Source of the DNA: Ostrea edulis
Lineage: Eukaryota
NCBI RefSeq assembly: GCF_947568905.1
Contig: NC_079166.1
Coordinates: forward strand, 78,306,001 to 78,370,000
Direction: 5' to 3'
DNA length: 64,000 bases
The notes under the pieces are model-generated. The model did not search any database. It had not been told where the DNA came from and was given only the letters and a program-made list of their open reading frames with translations. Position numbers and translations under genes: made by a program. Below, one piece after another: positions 61,096 through 64,000 of the stretch; position 1 is the stretch's first letter, and each line of letters begins with the position of its first letter.

Positions 61096-63823
61096 AGCCC
61101 AGGATCACGAAACATCGTAAGCTTAAGTCAAAATATGAATATTGCGATGAAATGATTGAGACGTAAATCATTCCAAACTAACATTGTTACTCAGTATTGC
61201 TTCATTAGATTTCTAGTGTCTGCAGATTAAGAGTTCCAGTTCAAAAGTAATGAACATCTAACAGGTGATTGAAATGTTGGTCAACCTAAGTCTGAGTTTG
61301 TTACGTGACCCTGGGGCCTGGTGAGCGAATGAATATATTAAACCCAAAAAAAAAAAATTATAAGAAAAAAAAAAACCACTACGGAATGCGTCTTATATTA
61401 GAAAAGCGGAAAACCCTGTGAATTTTTAAAAACTGAACACTTCAAAAATCTAGGGGTGGAAAATCTTCTGTACGTAGGACACCATATTCTAAAATCCAAG
61501 TACATTATGAATTCAACGTACGTAAAATTTCTAATTTATAAACCAAAATATTCATTTGAACATCCTTAATAGGATATATGTATTACAATGAACTTCTTTA
61601 TCAGGTACATTATTTTTTGGGCGGAAATTAATTTTTACCTATATCTTCATAACATTTAAGGGCAATTGTAAATAAAAATTAGGTCATTTTCTAATATTTA
61701 CATTTCCAGTGTTTTTGCTTTTGATTTCTTTACAAAATGAGATGATAGCCATTTCCTCGTGAATGTGAACAATTAATTTCTGTGGAAATGAGGGGGTTAT
61801 TTATATTTTGTCTTTCCTATCCAGCTGAGAAATTTCCGACGGAAATGAAATTATAATGTAAATATAAACATGAATTTCATTTTTGAAAATTCATGAGAGT
61901 ATAAGGAGCAACGCTTCACGCCGGCGTACTTTTTATGAAATACGTCTGTGCCAGCACGCTTCATGACGTGTGCAGACGTAAAGCGTCACATTTTATACTC
62001 TCACGTACACTACGTACGTATATGAAAAAAAAAATGAAATTCATTTGTTAATTGCATATATAGATTTACAAAAACGAACTTTTCTAGGACTCTTTCTCTC
62101 TCTTACTCTCAGTCATTGACTCAATAAATTAATAATTTCTGTTATATAAATGTAGAGGTATCATATATTGATGACATTAATTATTTCAACATATAAGTTA
62201 CAAGTTTTACAAATCAATGTGCAAATTATTGTTTAATTTGTGATTGTGTAATTTATGATACATGTATATAGAAAGGAAAAGATTACAATTATATTAAAAT
62301 TGCATTGTTATTTACGAGAAAATAGCAGCCGTAGACAGGTCAATGCTATCAAAACTCTAGGATATAGGGCTTCCTCAAGATCCAAAGACTGGCTGTTATT
62401 GTTATCAAAACACCTAGCTGGGGTAGCTCCAGACCACTGTTTCTGTAGATGTCACTCCACCTGAGATCTAAATTAATGTTAAATGTTTGATTGACAGGCG
62501 GCTTACCATTTGGGGGTGTTAACTTAAAATTGGGTATTTAAGACTATTTACCAGTTTCTAATTCTAGAGAGTGTACACAACTTCTTAATTTTGTAAACTT
62601 TGCTCTCTTTTTTTTTGTTTGTTTTGTTTTGGCGGGGAGTGGGGTCTGACCTTGCAGTAAGACTTACCAGATTTGCTAACTTACATGATGCAGTTATTAA
62701 TAATATTTATCAATGTCAAAGTTTTTTTTTAATAGTGTTTAACCAATACAATTACACGAACGTTTTAATGATAGTTATTGACAATTTATCTTTTGCACTG
62801 AATCCTTTTTCACAGCCAAGTGTGATGTTTATTCGTATGTACTAAGAAATGTTTAAATTGTTTATCTATTTATTTATATTTTTCTGATGTGTTCATATTG
62901 ATATTAAAAGTAGATGCCCAGAATAATGACTAATGAGTTCAATATTACAGAAAAATAATGCTGAAAGTTTTATTACGCAGTATGCACGGTAAAATTGTTT
63001 TAGAAAGAGGAAAAGTTTTTCATTAAATAAAAGCCTTTATTACAGATCTGCTAACTATATACCCGGCAGTATTTAAAGTTTATATACAATGGATCAATAG
63101 CCTGGATCCCCACCTTCCCATAATATGTTCCGCAAACGACGACCAGGACAAACACGCAGGCCACCGACTACATGTATATATTCTCTTCCAACAGTGGTAC
63201 ATGAGGTACATACATGTAACTTTGATCTTGTATAATTATATAAACAATATTTCCAAGGGTATAAATATATAAATAATGCATACATATATAATATATGTTC
63301 ATTAGCACAAAATAGAGGTGGCGGCGTAATGCATACAATTCGGACTTTTAACAGATTAATTCCTGAATTTTAGAAATAAATATACATAGTTTTTTTTTGG
63401 TGGTGTTTTAAAGTTTGATGTAATTAATTCTCTAATTGTCAGTGTATTTGGTTCCTGGCAATATCTAGAAGCCAAAAAGTGGATAGGGATAAAGAGTGAG
63501 GTGTTCAGAAAAATCTTCTCAAGGACCACTGAACCTGGGGAGTAAGACCTGGTAAAAGCTTCCATACATATAATACATTTAAGTCAATTCCCATAACGGC
63601 CATTGCATAACTATGCAAATGTAAAACTGTGTAGGGCCGATGGTCATTACACATCGGACTATATATACTTTGGATATCGACTTAGTCAACCGAGGCTACA
63701 CTAAATGGGCGGAGTCTCCTTTTTCGCTATGAACTTTATTATACGTTATGCACTAAATCATTCGTTGTCCTATTATCAAACTTTACAATGCTGACAAACT
63801 CCTCAATAAAAGATATAATGCAG

Positions 63824-63851
63824 TTTTTCTGCCCCCGAGATCAAAGATCGA

Positions 63852-63882
<31 letters not shown>

Positions 63883-63924
63883 ACTGTCTGAAACTTTAAC
63901 CTTGCTAGTAACTTTTGAACAGTA

Positions 63925-63957
<33 letters not shown>

Positions 63958-64000
63958 TTCTTGTGACAAGACCTTTCTGTGGGTACCATCATTTTTGACC
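63824..64000 (+). mobile_element. HINE 5' end, truncated by the window edge
   Basis: TTTTTCTGCCCCCGAGATCAAAGATCGAGGGGGCATATTGTTTTTGTCCTGTCTG matches the reverse complement of 45460-45650. Confidence 0.8.

Noticed and set aside
61870-62050. Imperfect inverted repeat (ATGAATTTCATTTTT...GAGAGTATAA / TTATACTCTCA...AAAAATGAAATTCAT)
   Set aside because: Probably part of a decayed non-autonomous element, but I could not define its ends or TSD.
63613-63714. Octamer plus GC box as an snRNA-type promoter
   Set aside because: No recognisable snRNA sequence follows. Isolated short motifs are expected by chance.

Overview
AT-rich, repeat-dense eukaryotic genomic DNA. It is most likely a bivalve of the oyster family, inferred from the Helentron/HINE elements with ~166-bp core repeats, mollusc-type SINEs and an intronless peptide-receptor-like GPCR. 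Two protein-coding genes are well supported. (1) An intronless rhodopsin-class GPCR on + (5951-7297, 448 aa). (2) A FoxO transcription factor on -, with two coding exons (57921-57568 and 39252-37612, 664 aa) split inside the forkhead domain at WK/NSIRH by an 18.3-kb phase-0 intron. The rest is decayed mobile DNA (Penelope-like RT fragments probably of the Naiad type, L2-clade LINE fragments, tRNA-derived SINEs, HINEs, hAT- and Kolobok-type MITEs) plus about a dozen unrelated minisatellites. There is no CRISPR array, rRNA, genuine tRNA gene or prokaryotic feature. I did not find a convincingly new biological system. The best leads are: an ETS/E-box promoter with a strong splice donor at ~31.1-31.3 kb pointing into the FoxO 3' end (candidate antisense transcript); a candidate 79-nt intron just after the FoxO stop; a perfect 48-bp palindrome with a 10-bp flanking duplication in the FoxO intron; a nested, inverted Penelope-like cluster; two CAG-ended elements with 5-bp target duplications; SINEs with a non-tRNA structured head; and homologous direct repeats bracketing the GPCR. 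All coordinates were counted by eye, and repeat boundaries are approximate.
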